In this document: positions 1 through 9,431 of the stretch, piece by piece
How positions within the stretch are numbered: the first letter of the stretch is position 1
Layout of the letters: each line of letters begins with the position of its first letter
Assembly: GCA_044225505.1 (NCBI GenBank)
Contig: JBGAIN010000087.1
Location: forward strand, 1-33,389
Length of the DNA: 33,389 nt
Origin: Limisphaerales bacterium
Lineage (GTDB): Bacteria; Verrucomicrobiota; Verrucomicrobiia; Limisphaerales; SIBE01
Direction: 5' to 3'
Notes under the pieces: generated by a model
What the model saw: the letters and a program-made list of their open reading frames with translations, nothing else
Database searches by the model: none
Told to the model about the DNA's origin: nothing
Program-made: the position numbers and the translations under genes

Positions 1-12
1 ACGTCCTCGGCC

Positions 13-93
13 GTCCCGTCGGGACTTGGAATCGCGCCCATTCAACCTCGGCGTTAAAACGCCGAGCTATTCTCGAGTTGCCCCATCCGGGGC
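13..93. repeat. REP-like palindromic element (three stem-loops)
   Basis: GTCCC-gtc-GGGAC (13-25), CTCGGCGTT-aa-AACGCCGAG (47-66, perfect 9-bp stem) and GCCCC-atcc-GGGGC (80-93) in intergenic DNA. Copy number cannot be judged from one window. Confidence 0.6.
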
Positions 94-285
94 GCCAGGA
101 GGCAATTACCGAATGGCATTAGGATAAATCCCGCGATCCTGGGGGTACTGTCAAGATACGCCCGACGCACAGTTGGCCGATGGTTGTGGATGGACAACCG
201 CGCTTGCGACCGGCAGCTTCGACCGATGAGCATGCCAGGCGAGATCGTCCGCCTGGACTTGCCACCGCGCTAATTCGCTCAAGCT

Positions 286-1269
286 ATGAACATCACCCGA
301 AACTTGATCTGTGTTCTCGGACTGCTGCTGACAGTTGCGCGAGCCTCCGCGATCGATCCCAGCGGACCGCCACCCAAGCCGATCCTCGACGGATTCACCG
401 CAGACCCGGCAATTCGGGTCTTTGGCGACACGTATTACCTGTATCCCACGTCCGACAAACCAAACTGGTTGACGACGGATTTCTCGGTCTATTCGTCCAA
501 GAATCTGGTCGACTGGAAAAAAGAAGGCATGATCCTCGATGTCACCACGGAATTGAAATGGGCCAAGATCAAAGCCTGGGCCCCCGACTGCATTGAACGG
601 GGCGGCAAGTATTATTTCTATTTCTGCGCCGACGAGAAGATTGGCGTTGCGACGGCAGATAAGCCGACCGGGCCATTTATCGATGCCTTGGGACGTCCCA
701 TGGTGCAGAAAAGCGAGCAAGTCCGCACCTACCCGATCGATCCCTACCCGCTGATCGATGACGACGGCCAGGGGTATCTTTTCTTGGGCAATGGCATTCC
801 CACCGTGTTCAAACTTAAGCCGGACATGATCACCTTTGACGGCGGCCCCACCACCATCCGTCTAAAAGAATTCCGCGAAGGGATTGTCGTGTTTAAAAGG
901 CAGAATAAATACTATTTCATGTGGTCCATCGATGATGCCCGCAGCGATGACTACCGCGTCGGCTACGGTATCGCCGATTCCGTCTACGGTCCCGTGACCT
1001 CTCCGGCCGACTTCATCGTCTTGCGGCAGCATGGACCGGCCAAAGGGACGGGCCACCACAGTGTCGTTCAGGTCCCTGGCACGGATCGTTGGTATGTCGC
1101 TTATCATCGCCATGCCATCCCCAACGGCAACGGTTACCAACGCGAGACCTGTCTGGCTCGAATGGAATTTAACCCGGACGGCACTATCAAACCGATTGAT
1201 CCCATGGTGCCGGCGTTCCCGCCGGGTTCGATTGGTGAACCGATCAGCAACGGTCGCGGCCACCCGTGA
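286..1269 (+). CDS. Secreted glycoside hydrolase family 43 (five-bladed beta-propeller; xylosidase/arabinofuranosidase-like)
   Basis: N-terminal signal peptide; GH43 motifs ADPAI (base Asp), WAPD, IDP (pKa modulator), FREG (acid Glu) and GTGHHSVV. Confidence 0.9.
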   Translation: MNITRNLICVLGLLLTVARASAIDPSGPPPKPILDGFTADPAIRVFGDTYYLYPTSDKPNWLTTDFSVYSSKNLVDWKKEGMILDVTTELKWAKIKAWAPDCIERGGKYYFYFCADEKIGVATADKPTGPFIDALGRPMVQKSEQVRTYPIDPYPLIDDDGQGYLFLGNGIPTVFKLKPDMITFDGGPTTIRLKEFREGIVVFKRQNKYYFMWSIDDARSDDYRVGYGIADSVYGPVTSPADFIVLRQHGPAKGTGHHSVVQVPGTDRWYVAYHRHAIPNGNGYQRETCLARMEFNPDGTIKPIDPMVPAFPPGSIGEPISNGRGHP

Positions 1270-1313
1270 ACGCCATGGTCGCTCAATGAGAGCGGACGGA
1301 ACGTTTGGCCGCT

Positions 1314-3785
1314 TTAATCGGTGCGGAGTGCTTCCATAGGATCCACCCTGGCGGCGCGGCGGCCGGGCAGCCAGCAAGCGAGCCACGCGACCGCGAGAAC
1401 GATCAGGGATCCCAGAATGAACGTCCCTGGATCGTTGGGGGCAATGCCATACAGCAGGTTGCGCAGGACTTGAGTCAGCGCAAGGGATGCCCCCAAACCT
1501 AGCAAGATTCCAAGCGCGGCCAGCTTTAAACCACGCCGCAGTACCAACCCCACAATGTCGCCTTTCTGCGCGCCCACGGCCAGCCGGATACCGATTTCTC
1601 GGCGTCGCTGGGTCACGGAATACGCCAGAACTCCGTAGATCCCGCACGCCGCCAGGAACAACGCCAGTCCGCCGAAGAGGATCAACAACTGGGACTCAAA
1701 GCGCGGCTGCGCGACACTCTCATTCAACCGATCCGCCATCATCCGGATCTTGGGCATGGGCAAGGTCGGAGCAACCGCCCGGGTCTCGCGAACGATGGCT
1801 TGCGCCACGCTTGCAGGGTCGCCCATGACGCGTGCCACGAGGGTCGGAGTTTGCATTGGCCATTGCCAATAGGAAAAAGAAACTTCAGGCGTCGCTTCCG
1901 GGGGGATGCCGAAGGATTTCACATCGCCCACGACCCCGACAATCTCATACCAACTCGGCACGCCAAAACGGTCCTTCGACCCGAGCGGTCCAGGGTTATT
2001 TGCCAATGTGAGGTATTTGCCCAATGGATTCTCATCCGGAAAAAAGCGCCGCACGAAGCTATCATTCACGAGTACGACACCTGGCCCGAGCAACGTATCG
2101 GCTTCGGCGAAGTCGCGTCCGCGCAGGATCGGGACGCCCAACGAACGCAGGTAACCAGGCGTAATGGCGTTGGCCTCCACCCTGGGTCGTTCCGTCTCCG
2201 CCGCGGCGGGCCGGCCGTAAATGGTTAGGAACTGGTTCGGTGGATGATTGTCAGGTCGCAAGAGTCGCAGGGCGGATCCGGCGGATTCCACGCCAGGAAT
2301 GCGGCGCACGCGCTCCAGCAATTCCGCGAGAGGCACTTGCGGCCGGGTAGGAGTTGGGACGACCCAAGTGGTGAACCCAGCGACGGAGAAATCCAATTCC
2401 GCCGTGACGAGTTGCTCCGCCCGAAACCCGCGGTCCGCAGCCAACAACTTCCGAAAGCTTTGCAGCATCAAACCCGCGCCGACGAGCAAGACAATCGCCA
2501 TCGCCACCTCGGCGACGACGAGGGCGCTGTGCGTGAATTGACAGGAAAATCCCTGGGAAGCTCCGCGGCCATCTTTGAACGCCTCCGCGAGATTGGTTTT
2601 GGAGCTTTGCCAGGCAGGGGCCAGGCCGAAAATGATGCCGGTCAACAATGCGGATCCAAAGGTGAAGAGCAACACGGGAAGATCAAGTCCGACGTCTGCC
2701 AATCGCGGGACGTTGCTGGGACTGGCCGCGACGAAGAGCTTGATGGCCCAATCGCTCAGGATCAACCCCGCACCCGCTCCCAGGACGGACAGGAGCACGC
2801 TCTCGATCAGCAACTGCCGAACGATTCTCCAACGCCCGGCTCCCAGGGCCAATCGCACGGCCACCTCTTTCTGTCTCGACGCCGCGCGCGCCAACAGGAG
2901 GTTGGCCACATTCGCACAGGCAATAAGTAAGACCCCAGTCACAACGCCCCACAAGATCAAGAGTGCCTTCTTGAAATCGCGCCCGACCGCCTGCTGGAGC
3001 AACGGCTCAATCGAGACTTGCGACCCGATCGTTTCACCAGGATGGGCTCGTTTCACGCTCGCTTGAATCGCATTCATTTGGGCCCGGGCTTGAGCCAATG
3101 TCATACCCGGTTTGAGGCGAGCGATAACATGATGCCAATGAGCGGACCGGCGCTCCGTGAGATTCACGCCCATCCAGCCGAGCGGAAGCCATACCTCGCA
3201 TCGCAGGGGCGTTCCGTAATTTGGAGGCATCACACCGACGATGGTGTAATCCCGCCGTCCGAAATTATCCACCGAGAGTGTTCGACCGAGGATGTTGGTG
3301 TCGCCGCTGAAATACTCGCGCCAGAGAGTATAGCTCAGGATCGCCGCGCGACTGCCTTGCCGTTGATCTTCCTCATCGAGAAAAGTGCGCCCCAAGAGCG
3401 GTCCCCCTCCCAAGGTCGTGAAAAAACTCGAGGAAACGTAGGTGCCGCGGACGCCCACGGTGCGCTCTGGGAAGACGAGTTTGAAATCGCTCCGATCCCA
3501 TCCGGGACTGACCGCCATCTCGGAGAAAACGGTGTTCTGTGCGCGCCAATCGAGATAGTTCGGTCCCGTCACTCGCTCCTGCTCAATTCCGCGCTCGGGC
3601 GAACGTTCCCAGAGAGTAACCAACTGCTCGGGGTGGGGATAAGGCAACGGTTTGAGCAGTACTCCATGGACGATGCTAAAGATGGCCGAATTGGCGCCAG
3701 CCCCAAGCGCAAGCGTTAACACGGCGATGGCGGTGAAACCGCGGTGCTTGAGCAATTGCCGGAACGCGAACTTAAGATCATTCAT
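1314..3785 (-). CDS. ABC transporter permease, duplicated MacB-periplasmic/FtsX (ADOP-type orphan permease)
   Basis: MNDLKFAFRQLLKHRGFTAIAVLTLALGAGANSAIFS N-terminus; LLIACANVANLLLARA, RRREIGIRLAVGA and C-terminal RRAARVDPMEALRTD. Start moved from 3815 to ATG 3785 by family N-terminus and because 3815 lies inside the predicted promoter. Confidence 0.93.
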   Translation of the reverse strand: MNDLKFAFRQLLKHRGFTAIAVLTLALGAGANSAIFSIVHGVLLKPLPYPHPEQLVTLWERSPERGIEQERVTGPNYLDWRAQNTVFSEMAVSPGWDRSDFKLVFPERTVGVRGTYVSSSFFTTLGGGPLLGRTFLDEEDQRQGSRAAILSYTLWREYFSGDTNILGRTLSVDNFGRRDYTIVGVMPPNYGTPLRCEVWLPLGWMGVNLTERRSAHWHHVIARLKPGMTLAQARAQMNAIQASVKRAHPGETIGSQVSIEPLLQQAVGRDFKKALLILWGVVTGVLLIACANVANLLLARAASRQKEVAVRLALGAGRWRIVRQLLIESVLLSVLGAGAGLILSDWAIKLFVAASPSNVPRLADVGLDLPVLLFTFGSALLTGIIFGLAPAWQSSKTNLAEAFKDGRGASQGFSCQFTHSALVVAEVAMAIVLLVGAGLMLQSFRKLLAADRGFRAEQLVTAELDFSVAGFTTWVVPTPTRPQVPLAELLERVRRIPGVESAGSALRLLRPDNHPPNQFLTIYGRPAAAETERPRVEANAITPGYLRSLGVPILRGRDFAEADTLLGPGVVLVNDSFVRRFFPDENPLGKYLTLANNPGPLGSKDRFGVPSWYEIVGVVGDVKSFGIPPEATPEVSFSYWQWPMQTPTLVARVMGDPASVAQAIVRETRAVAPTLPMPKIRMMADRLNESVAQPRFESQLLILFGGLALFLAACGIYGVLAYSVTQRRREIGIRLAVGAQKGDIVGLVLRRGLKLAALGILLGLGASLALTQVLRNLLYGIAPNDPGTFILGSLIVLAVAWLACWLPGRRAARVDPMEALRTD

Positions 3786-3810
3786 CGGGAAACCAGTGTC
3801 AGCCAGCCAC

Positions 3811-3826
3811 TGCATAAGCTATACCA
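3811..3826 (-). promoter_or_regulatory. Putative sigma54 (-24/-12) promoter of the permease gene
   Basis: Minus strand TGGTAT-AGCTT-ATGCA: GG-N10-GC spacing, matching TGGCAC-N5-TTGCA; predicted +1 near 3800, about 15 nt before ATG 3785. Confidence 0.65.
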
Positions 3827-3827
3827 G

Positions 3828-3870
3828 TGTCCGAATCCGTGACTATCCGCTTCCGGACAAGCTCCGAACA
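3828..3870. promoter_or_regulatory. Tandem TGTCCG-N4-CGGACA-like palindromic operator sites
   Basis: TATCCG-cttc-CGGACA (3844-3859), degenerate TGTCCG-aatc-CGTGAC (3828-3843) and half-site CGAACA (3865-3870), directly upstream of the -24 element. Confidence 0.5.
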
Positions 3871-3979
3871 GTCAGTTCCGCCGCACGCAAGGCTGAGCCC
3901 GTCGCGTTTTTGGGATTGCTGAGTCCCAGGACCGAACGAGGCGACACGGTAGGATCGATGCAGCTTCTAACCCGCGCCT

Positions 3980-5029
3980 TCAGGGTTCGTCGGAAAAGCG
4001 GGTGAAGCCGGGTGATTCCTGAGTTTCGATCTTGTCGTCTGGAGCGCGCACGATGTGGGCATCGACGTGAGGAAGTTGGTGAATGAACTGCAACCCTTTA
4101 GCAGGACCGAGCACGCTCACAATTTTGGAAATCCCATCGGCCGTCGTGCAATTGGTGGCTATAATTGTGACGAGGCTGTGATCGGTGAGACCAATCCCAG
4201 TGTGTGGATTCACGACATGCGAATAGCGTTTTCCTCCAATCTCCAAGCGTTGAAACACATCTCCGGATGTGGCCAACCCCACCCGGCGCAATGACACAAA
4301 ACGTTTTGGCGGCGCGTTGGTAATATCGAGCGGCGCAATCTCAATCCGCCAACCGTTTTTCCCAGGTGGAGGTTCTCCAATCGCCATGTCACCCCCGCCC
4401 GTCGCCAAGGCTCGGTCAATGCCGTGTTTGGCCAGCACTTTAAGCTCTTCGTCCAGTGCAAACCCCTTGGCAATGCCACCTAAGTCCAATTTCATGCCGG
4501 GCACCGCAAGTTCCACCGTTTGATCGGCCGGGTTGAGCCGCATCTTCTTGTAGCCGACCCGCTCGAGCGCGCTGGCTAACAGTTTAGGATCTGGCATCTC
4601 GCGCACTCGGCGCGCCTTTCGCCATAGGCTGATCACGGGTCCCACCGTGACGTCAAAGGCGCCGTCGCTTTTTTCGGCCCATTGTTGTGCTTGCTCGAGC
4701 ACCGTCCAAAGATCGCCGCTCACGTGCACCGGTCGCCCTTGACCGGACGTGCGCGAGAGTTCGTTAAGCTCACTATCGGTTTCGTAATCGCTCATGATCG
4801 CGTTGAGTTCTGAAACTCGGCCAAAGGCGTCATGGGCGGCTTTGGCTGCGGCTTGCGCGTTTGTGGCATAAAAGACAAGCCGGAATGGGACGCCCATTTG
4901 CGGTTCGCTAAACTCGAATCGGGCCAGCGCGTTGGTCTCCTGCGCCTGCGAGGCCGGACAACTGAGCAGAGCCAGGAGAAGCGCAGAACACGGCAATCGC
5001 CATCGCTTCGCGAACGCGGAGATCTTCAT
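3980..5029 (-). CDS. apbE: FAD:protein FMN transferase (ApbE family)
   Basis: Signal peptide; MGVPF, MSDYETDSELNEL, SDGAFDVTVGP, LDLGGIAKGFA, GGDM, LATSGD, YSHVVNPHTG and ADG motifs. Confidence 0.95.
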   Translation of the reverse strand: MKISAFAKRWRLPCSALLLALLSCPASQAQETNALARFEFSEPQMGVPFRLVFYATNAQAAAKAAHDAFGRVSELNAIMSDYETDSELNELSRTSGQGRPVHVSGDLWTVLEQAQQWAEKSDGAFDVTVGPVISLWRKARRVREMPDPKLLASALERVGYKKMRLNPADQTVELAVPGMKLDLGGIAKGFALDEELKVLAKHGIDRALATGGGDMAIGEPPPGKNGWRIEIAPLDITNAPPKRFVSLRRVGLATSGDVFQRLEIGGKRYSHVVNPHTGIGLTDHSLVTIIATNCTTADGISKIVSVLGPAKGLQFIHQLPHVDAHIVRAPDDKIETQESPGFTRFSDEP

Positions 5030-5118
5030 GACGATACGTTAGGTTACTTATGTGAGGCAGACAAGGACCACCAGCCATTCCCCGCATCGATCGGGAGGTC
5101 GGAGTGGAGAAGCGCCTT

Positions 5119-7230
5119 TTAGCTCAACATCTTCGCGGCAAGCTTGTAGCCCGCGATCTGCGATTGCCGCTGACTTGTTTGGAACGTTTTGAAATGGGTC
5201 AACTGCTCAGGATCCAAGACTTGCGCAGCGATCGTCAGGAATTGTTGATCAAACCGCTCTTCTTCCTGGCTCCAGATCTCCAGGATTTCCGGCGAGAGCA
5301 GCGCAGCGTAATCCCCGTGCAGCGGTTCGCGCCGGCTGAGTCCTGTTGACCAGGGGGATTGGCTGCGGGCGTCGCTCAGAGCTGACAACAATTGGTCCTC
5401 CTGCGCGCGAGTGAGGGCGTGGCCGGTTTTCACGGCTTGTTTACTGAATGCACGGATCGCAGTTCTGTCCGGAATGGTCGTTTCGAAGCGCAACAGCGCC
5501 GCTGTGTTTTCATCGCCTAGGCACTCTCGAATGCGGGCGTCCCATTGCGCAGCCTCGGATTTGATCTCCGCAATCAACTTGGCGCGTTGGGCTGGAGTCA
5601 TCTTAATCTGGATCAAGCGAATCGCTTTGGGGACGTGGCGGGTTGCTTTGTCTCGAAGCAACTCCTTCAAACGGGCCATCTGTTCGGGGCTCAACGGCCG
5701 TTGGGCGAAGAATGGTGCATAGGTTTGCTCCAGGATCGAATCGGCGAAGAGGAAGGGCTTCCCTTTCCATACGAAAATCAGAGCGAAGACGGCATAGGCC
5801 AAGAGGGCGCCCAACAAGCTCCAGCCCAAAAGGCGCAGCCCTGGAGCGCGCAGAATCGTCGCCAGGTCAAGTGGGGCACCAGTCAGATAGAACGGCAAAA
5901 GGCCAGCAAGGAGAGCGCTGCCAAACAGAATGGCTGGCGCCAGCACGAGGGGGTGTCGCAAAAACCGTAGAACCGGCGCGTCGGATTTTGGGATGGACAC
6001 TTCACCTCGCTGGAGACGTTGGAAGCGTCGATAAGCCCACCCCAGGAGTGCGATTTCGGCGGCCACAAAGACGATGCTTCGAAGCGGGCTCTCGCCCCAA
6101 GGCAATGCCCAAAGTCCAGAGGCAACCAGGATCATTGAAGGCACGATGAGCTTGAACGCCTTGCGGTTCGCCGTCGCCGCGGCTGTGGCCGGGCTTACCG
6201 ATTCGAGGGTTCCATCTTCCGAGGCGATTTGCAGTCGTCGGCGGTTCAGGTAGGTGGACGTGAGGACGAAAAGCAGGATACTCGCAAGAATTAAGCTGGC
6301 GAGCATGATCCCTAGCAAGACTGGATGCGCCGCCAACTGTGGCAGGAGAATCCAGCCAACTCCCAACAGGAGCACCAGGAAACCGGTGTTCGCCCATCCC
6401 ACGCGCTGCATTAAACGTCGTTCGGCGGGCGACCGTGTGTCGTCAACGGCAGTTTTCCAGGAAAAGAGCACTGCGCCCATCATTGCTGCCGCACTGGCCA
6501 GTGCACCGGAGCTCAGGGTGACTTTCGCGAGCGTTCCGCCCTTGACAACGGCTCCCACGGTCGCGGCTTTGGCAGACGTCGACGTTACAGGAATCGCGGC
6601 CAGGACCGTTAGCGTGAATCCCTTGCCTGGCGAGGTCCGCTCCAATGCAGATTCCACGAACGTCCGCACCTCCTGATGAAGCAATTTCCTTCCGCGCGAG
6701 AGACGCTGGCGAACGGTTTCTTCCGTTAAGTCCAAGCTCTGCGCCACACTCTCGATCGATTGATGCTCCCGATAGTAAAGGACCAGGGGAGTCCGGTATG
6801 TCTCCGGGACTCCTTCCAAAGCCCGCCAAAGAATCTGAGTCTCTTCCTGGCTGATGGCGCGTTCCAGGGGCAGCGGCTCGGAAGACTGATTGTCCGAGGT
6901 GTGGTCGAGCGGTTCTGCCCAATGACTGGGCTCACGGCCTTGGCCGCGCAACGTGCTGTGAATGAGGTTTCTGGTAATTCCGCAAAGCCAAGCGCGGAGT
7001 TTGGCTGGTTCCCTCAGGTCAGCCAAGGACTTCCAGGCCGCCAGAAAGGTTTCCTGCGCCAGATCTTCGCTCTGGGTAAGGCTGCCCGTGGCACTGTAAG
7101 CCAACGAACAAATGAGCGATTGATATCGCGATACGATGTGGCCGAACGCGTCTCGGTTTCCAGCAAGGCTTGCTTCCACCAAGGCGGCGTCCGGACAGGT
7201 CGGCACCGAGGTCATGACAGGATGAATCAT
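5119..7230 (-). CDS. ECF sigma-70 factor with C-terminal multi-TM extension and helical terminal domain
   Basis: Region 2 (DAFGHIVSRYQ...SEDLAQETFLAAW...LRAWLCGITRN) and region 4 (LVLYYREHQSIESVAQSLDLTEETVRQRLSRGRKLL) in the first ~190 aa, then about 6-7 hydrophobic segments and a ~200 aa charged helical domain. Alternative start at 7215. Confidence 0.9.
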   Translation of the reverse strand: MIHPVMTSVPTCPDAALVEASLAGNRDAFGHIVSRYQSLICSLAYSATGSLTQSEDLAQETFLAAWKSLADLREPAKLRAWLCGITRNLIHSTLRGQGREPSHWAEPLDHTSDNQSSEPLPLERAISQEETQILWRALEGVPETYRTPLVLYYREHQSIESVAQSLDLTEETVRQRLSRGRKLLHQEVRTFVESALERTSPGKGFTLTVLAAIPVTSTSAKAATVGAVVKGGTLAKVTLSSGALASAAAMMGAVLFSWKTAVDDTRSPAERRLMQRVGWANTGFLVLLLGVGWILLPQLAAHPVLLGIMLASLILASILLFVLTSTYLNRRRLQIASEDGTLESVSPATAAATANRKAFKLIVPSMILVASGLWALPWGESPLRSIVFVAAEIALLGWAYRRFQRLQRGEVSIPKSDAPVLRFLRHPLVLAPAILFGSALLAGLLPFYLTGAPLDLATILRAPGLRLLGWSLLGALLAYAVFALIFVWKGKPFLFADSILEQTYAPFFAQRPLSPEQMARLKELLRDKATRHVPKAIRLIQIKMTPAQRAKLIAEIKSEAAQWDARIRECLGDENTAALLRFETTIPDRTAIRAFSKQAVKTGHALTRAQEDQLLSALSDARSQSPWSTGLSRREPLHGDYAALLSPEILEIWSQEEERFDQQFLTIAAQVLDPEQLTHFKTFQTSQRQSQIAGYKLAAKMLS

Positions 7231-7239
7231 ACCGTCGCT

Positions 7240-7269
7240 TGAGTGGCTGAAAAGGACGATCGTGTGACA
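7240..7269 (-). promoter_or_regulatory. Candidate autoregulatory ECF promoter
   Basis: Minus strand TGTCACA-N17-CACTCA, preceded by an A-tract and ending 9 nt before ATG 7230. TGTCACA is the -35 element known for ECF41-type promoters. Confidence 0.5.
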
Positions 7270-7418
7270 CGTTTTTTTCAGGCTCGGGCAAAAGCGTTGC
7301 TACAGTCCAGCCAGAACGTTGTGGAGTCCTTGATACCGAACTGTTTGCCCACACATTCCACTTTGAGATTGCAGATCGATCCTCTCCTGGCCACGGTGAA
7401 GCGAAATCGTTACCGCAA

Positions 7419-8243
7419 ATGACGGACTACCAAACCAAGGCCGCCCTGTGGCTGGCCCGGACGCCTTTGAATTCGGTGCTGGCCAAAGCCCACCGGAAGC
7501 TGAGCCGTTACATGGACTTGGTGGAGAATTGGAACAACGGCGATGAGCAGACCAACGGCGAAGCTTGGTTGATTCAGCATTTGGGTCCGCAGGTGAACGT
7601 GGTCTTCGACATTGGAGCGAATGTTGGGCGATGGACGGCCATGCTTCGACAAGTCAACGCGAAGTGCACCGTGCACGCGTTCGAGCCCTCCCCCACGACC
7701 TTCCGCAACCTGGCCGCGCGGTTTACCGGCCAGACGGGCGTGCACGTCTGGCAGCGGGGCATGGGTGATACCGAAGCGAGCTGTCAGTTCAATGACTATG
7801 GCGAAAACTCGGTTTTGTCCTCGTTTGCGTCACGTCGCAAGTCCGTCGGCTTGGAGGCCGAGCGCGTGATCGACGTGCCTATCCGGACATTCGATGGCTT
7901 TTGCGCCGATGAGAAGATCCCATCCGTGGATTTCGTAAAGATCGACACCGAAGGGTTCGAAATGGCCGTTCTCCGAGGAATGAAAGGAGCACTGCAAAAG
8001 CGTTCGGTCTCATTAATTCAGTTCGAGTATGGCGGCACTTGGCTGGATGCGGGCGAGACGCTCGCGGAGGCCAACGATCTCCTGAACTCGTATCAATACC
8101 AACTTTACAAACTGCGCCCCGCGAGCTTGGAGCGTGTCCATTACGACTGCCGTCGCTACGAGTGTTTTAAGTACGCCAACTTTGTTGCGGTCGCTTCGCC
8201 CGATGTGTTACAGCGCTGGAAACTGCCCGTATGTCCCGCTTAA
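7419..8243 (+). CDS. FkbM-family SAM-dependent methyltransferase
   Basis: VFDIGANVG, VHAFEPSP, VDFVKIDTEGFEMAVLRG and IQFEYG motifs. Confidence 0.93.
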   Translation: MTDYQTKAALWLARTPLNSVLAKAHRKLSRYMDLVENWNNGDEQTNGEAWLIQHLGPQVNVVFDIGANVGRWTAMLRQVNAKCTVHAFEPSPTTFRNLAARFTGQTGVHVWQRGMGDTEASCQFNDYGENSVLSSFASRRKSVGLEAERVIDVPIRTFDGFCADEKIPSVDFVKIDTEGFEMAVLRGMKGALQKRSVSLIQFEYGGTWLDAGETLAEANDLLNSYQYQLYKLRPASLERVHYDCRRYECFKYANFVAVASPDVLQRWKLPVCPA

Positions 8244-8309
8244 ACGATCGCAACACCCGCGCGCGCAGCAACGGCCGGACGTCGAATCGTTAGCTCCGCA
8301 CTGACACGG

Positions 8310-9422
8310 ATGCGCGTCCTGATCATTCACCAGGAAGCCGAGTATTTCGCCGGAGCGGAAGTGCTCCTGGGCTATTTTCTTGATCAAATCCTTTCGTCGG
8401 ACTGTCAGGTAACTGTCGCAATGGTCCAACAGAGCAAAGCAGCAAGAGTGCTCCCGGGAAGGATGCGAGCCGCCTGGCTCCAGCCGAACTCACGATTCTC
8501 TCTCGGTCAGTTCGCCCGCCAGGTTCGCCAGTGCTGCCACACTGTCCGGGCGAACGACATCGACGTCATCCACGGCTGGGCGGCGCGAGATTGGGAACTC
8601 GCTGCGGCGACGGCAAAGGTGGCAGGCAGGCCTGTCCTGGGGACGCTGCACGATCATCCGTGCGCGAGCTTCATCTCACCCAAACGCCAGAAGTTGATGC
8701 GCGGATGTGCGAATTGGGGTTTGGACAAAACGGTTTGCATTTCTGAGGCAGTGCGGTCGGCGTGTGTCGCCGCGGGGTATCGACAGCCTAAGCTGGAGGT
8801 GGCCCACAACGGGCTGCCCTTTCCTGATCTCCCGCGAGCCCAACACAAAGAGAGGGAAGCCGTTAAGATCGCATTCCTAGGGGCCATCTCCGAGCGGAAA
8901 GGGCTTCGTGGCTTATTCACAACTCTGGAACGATTGGCGGTTCAATGCCAGTCACCTTGGGAAGTGTTTATTGCCGGAGCGGCGTTGGAAGCTTCCGGAG
9001 CAGAGCTGCAGCGTGGATTGCAGGCCCGCTACGCAAGTGAATCGTGGTCTTCCAAGGTCCATTGGTGCGGGTGGGTAGAGAAGCCACTCGAGTTTCTGGC
9101 TGGAATGGATCTGATGATCTGTCCGTCGTCCGAATTTGAACCATTTGGACTTGTTATTTGTGAAGCAGCGGGTTTGGGAGTCCCCGTTTTGGCGTCAAGG
9201 ACGGGCGGGCCCGAGGAAATCCTGGTGGACGGTGAAAGTGGCTGGCTCTTTGATGCTGGCGATTGGGCCGGCGCGGCTCGACGTTTAGCCGAAGCCGTAA
9301 GCGATCGCACCTTACGTGAAGGGATCGGAATCCGCGGCCGGGAGCATGTCCGGAAAAAGTTCAGCATTGAGAAAATGGTTGCGGAATACCTCCGAGTGTA
9401 CTCTACTCTGTTGGGCACCTGA
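8310..9422 (+). CDS. Glycosyltransferase family 4 (GT-B)
   Basis: GAEV N-terminal motif, HNGL, ERKG, EPFGLVICEAAGLGVPVLASRTGGPEE. Confidence 0.92.
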   Translation: MRVLIIHQEAEYFAGAEVLLGYFLDQILSSDCQVTVAMVQQSKAARVLPGRMRAAWLQPNSRFSLGQFARQVRQCCHTVRANDIDVIHGWAARDWELAAATAKVAGRPVLGTLHDHPCASFISPKRQKLMRGCANWGLDKTVCISEAVRSACVAAGYRQPKLEVAHNGLPFPDLPRAQHKEREAVKIAFLGAISERKGLRGLFTTLERLAVQCQSPWEVFIAGAALEASGAELQRGLQARYASESWSSKVHWCGWVEKPLEFLAGMDLMICPSSEFEPFGLVICEAAGLGVPVLASRTGGPEEILVDGESGWLFDAGDWAGAARRLAEAVSDRTLREGIGIRGREHVRKKFSIEKMVAEYLRVYSTLLGT

Positions 9423-9431
9423 TAGTCCGGT

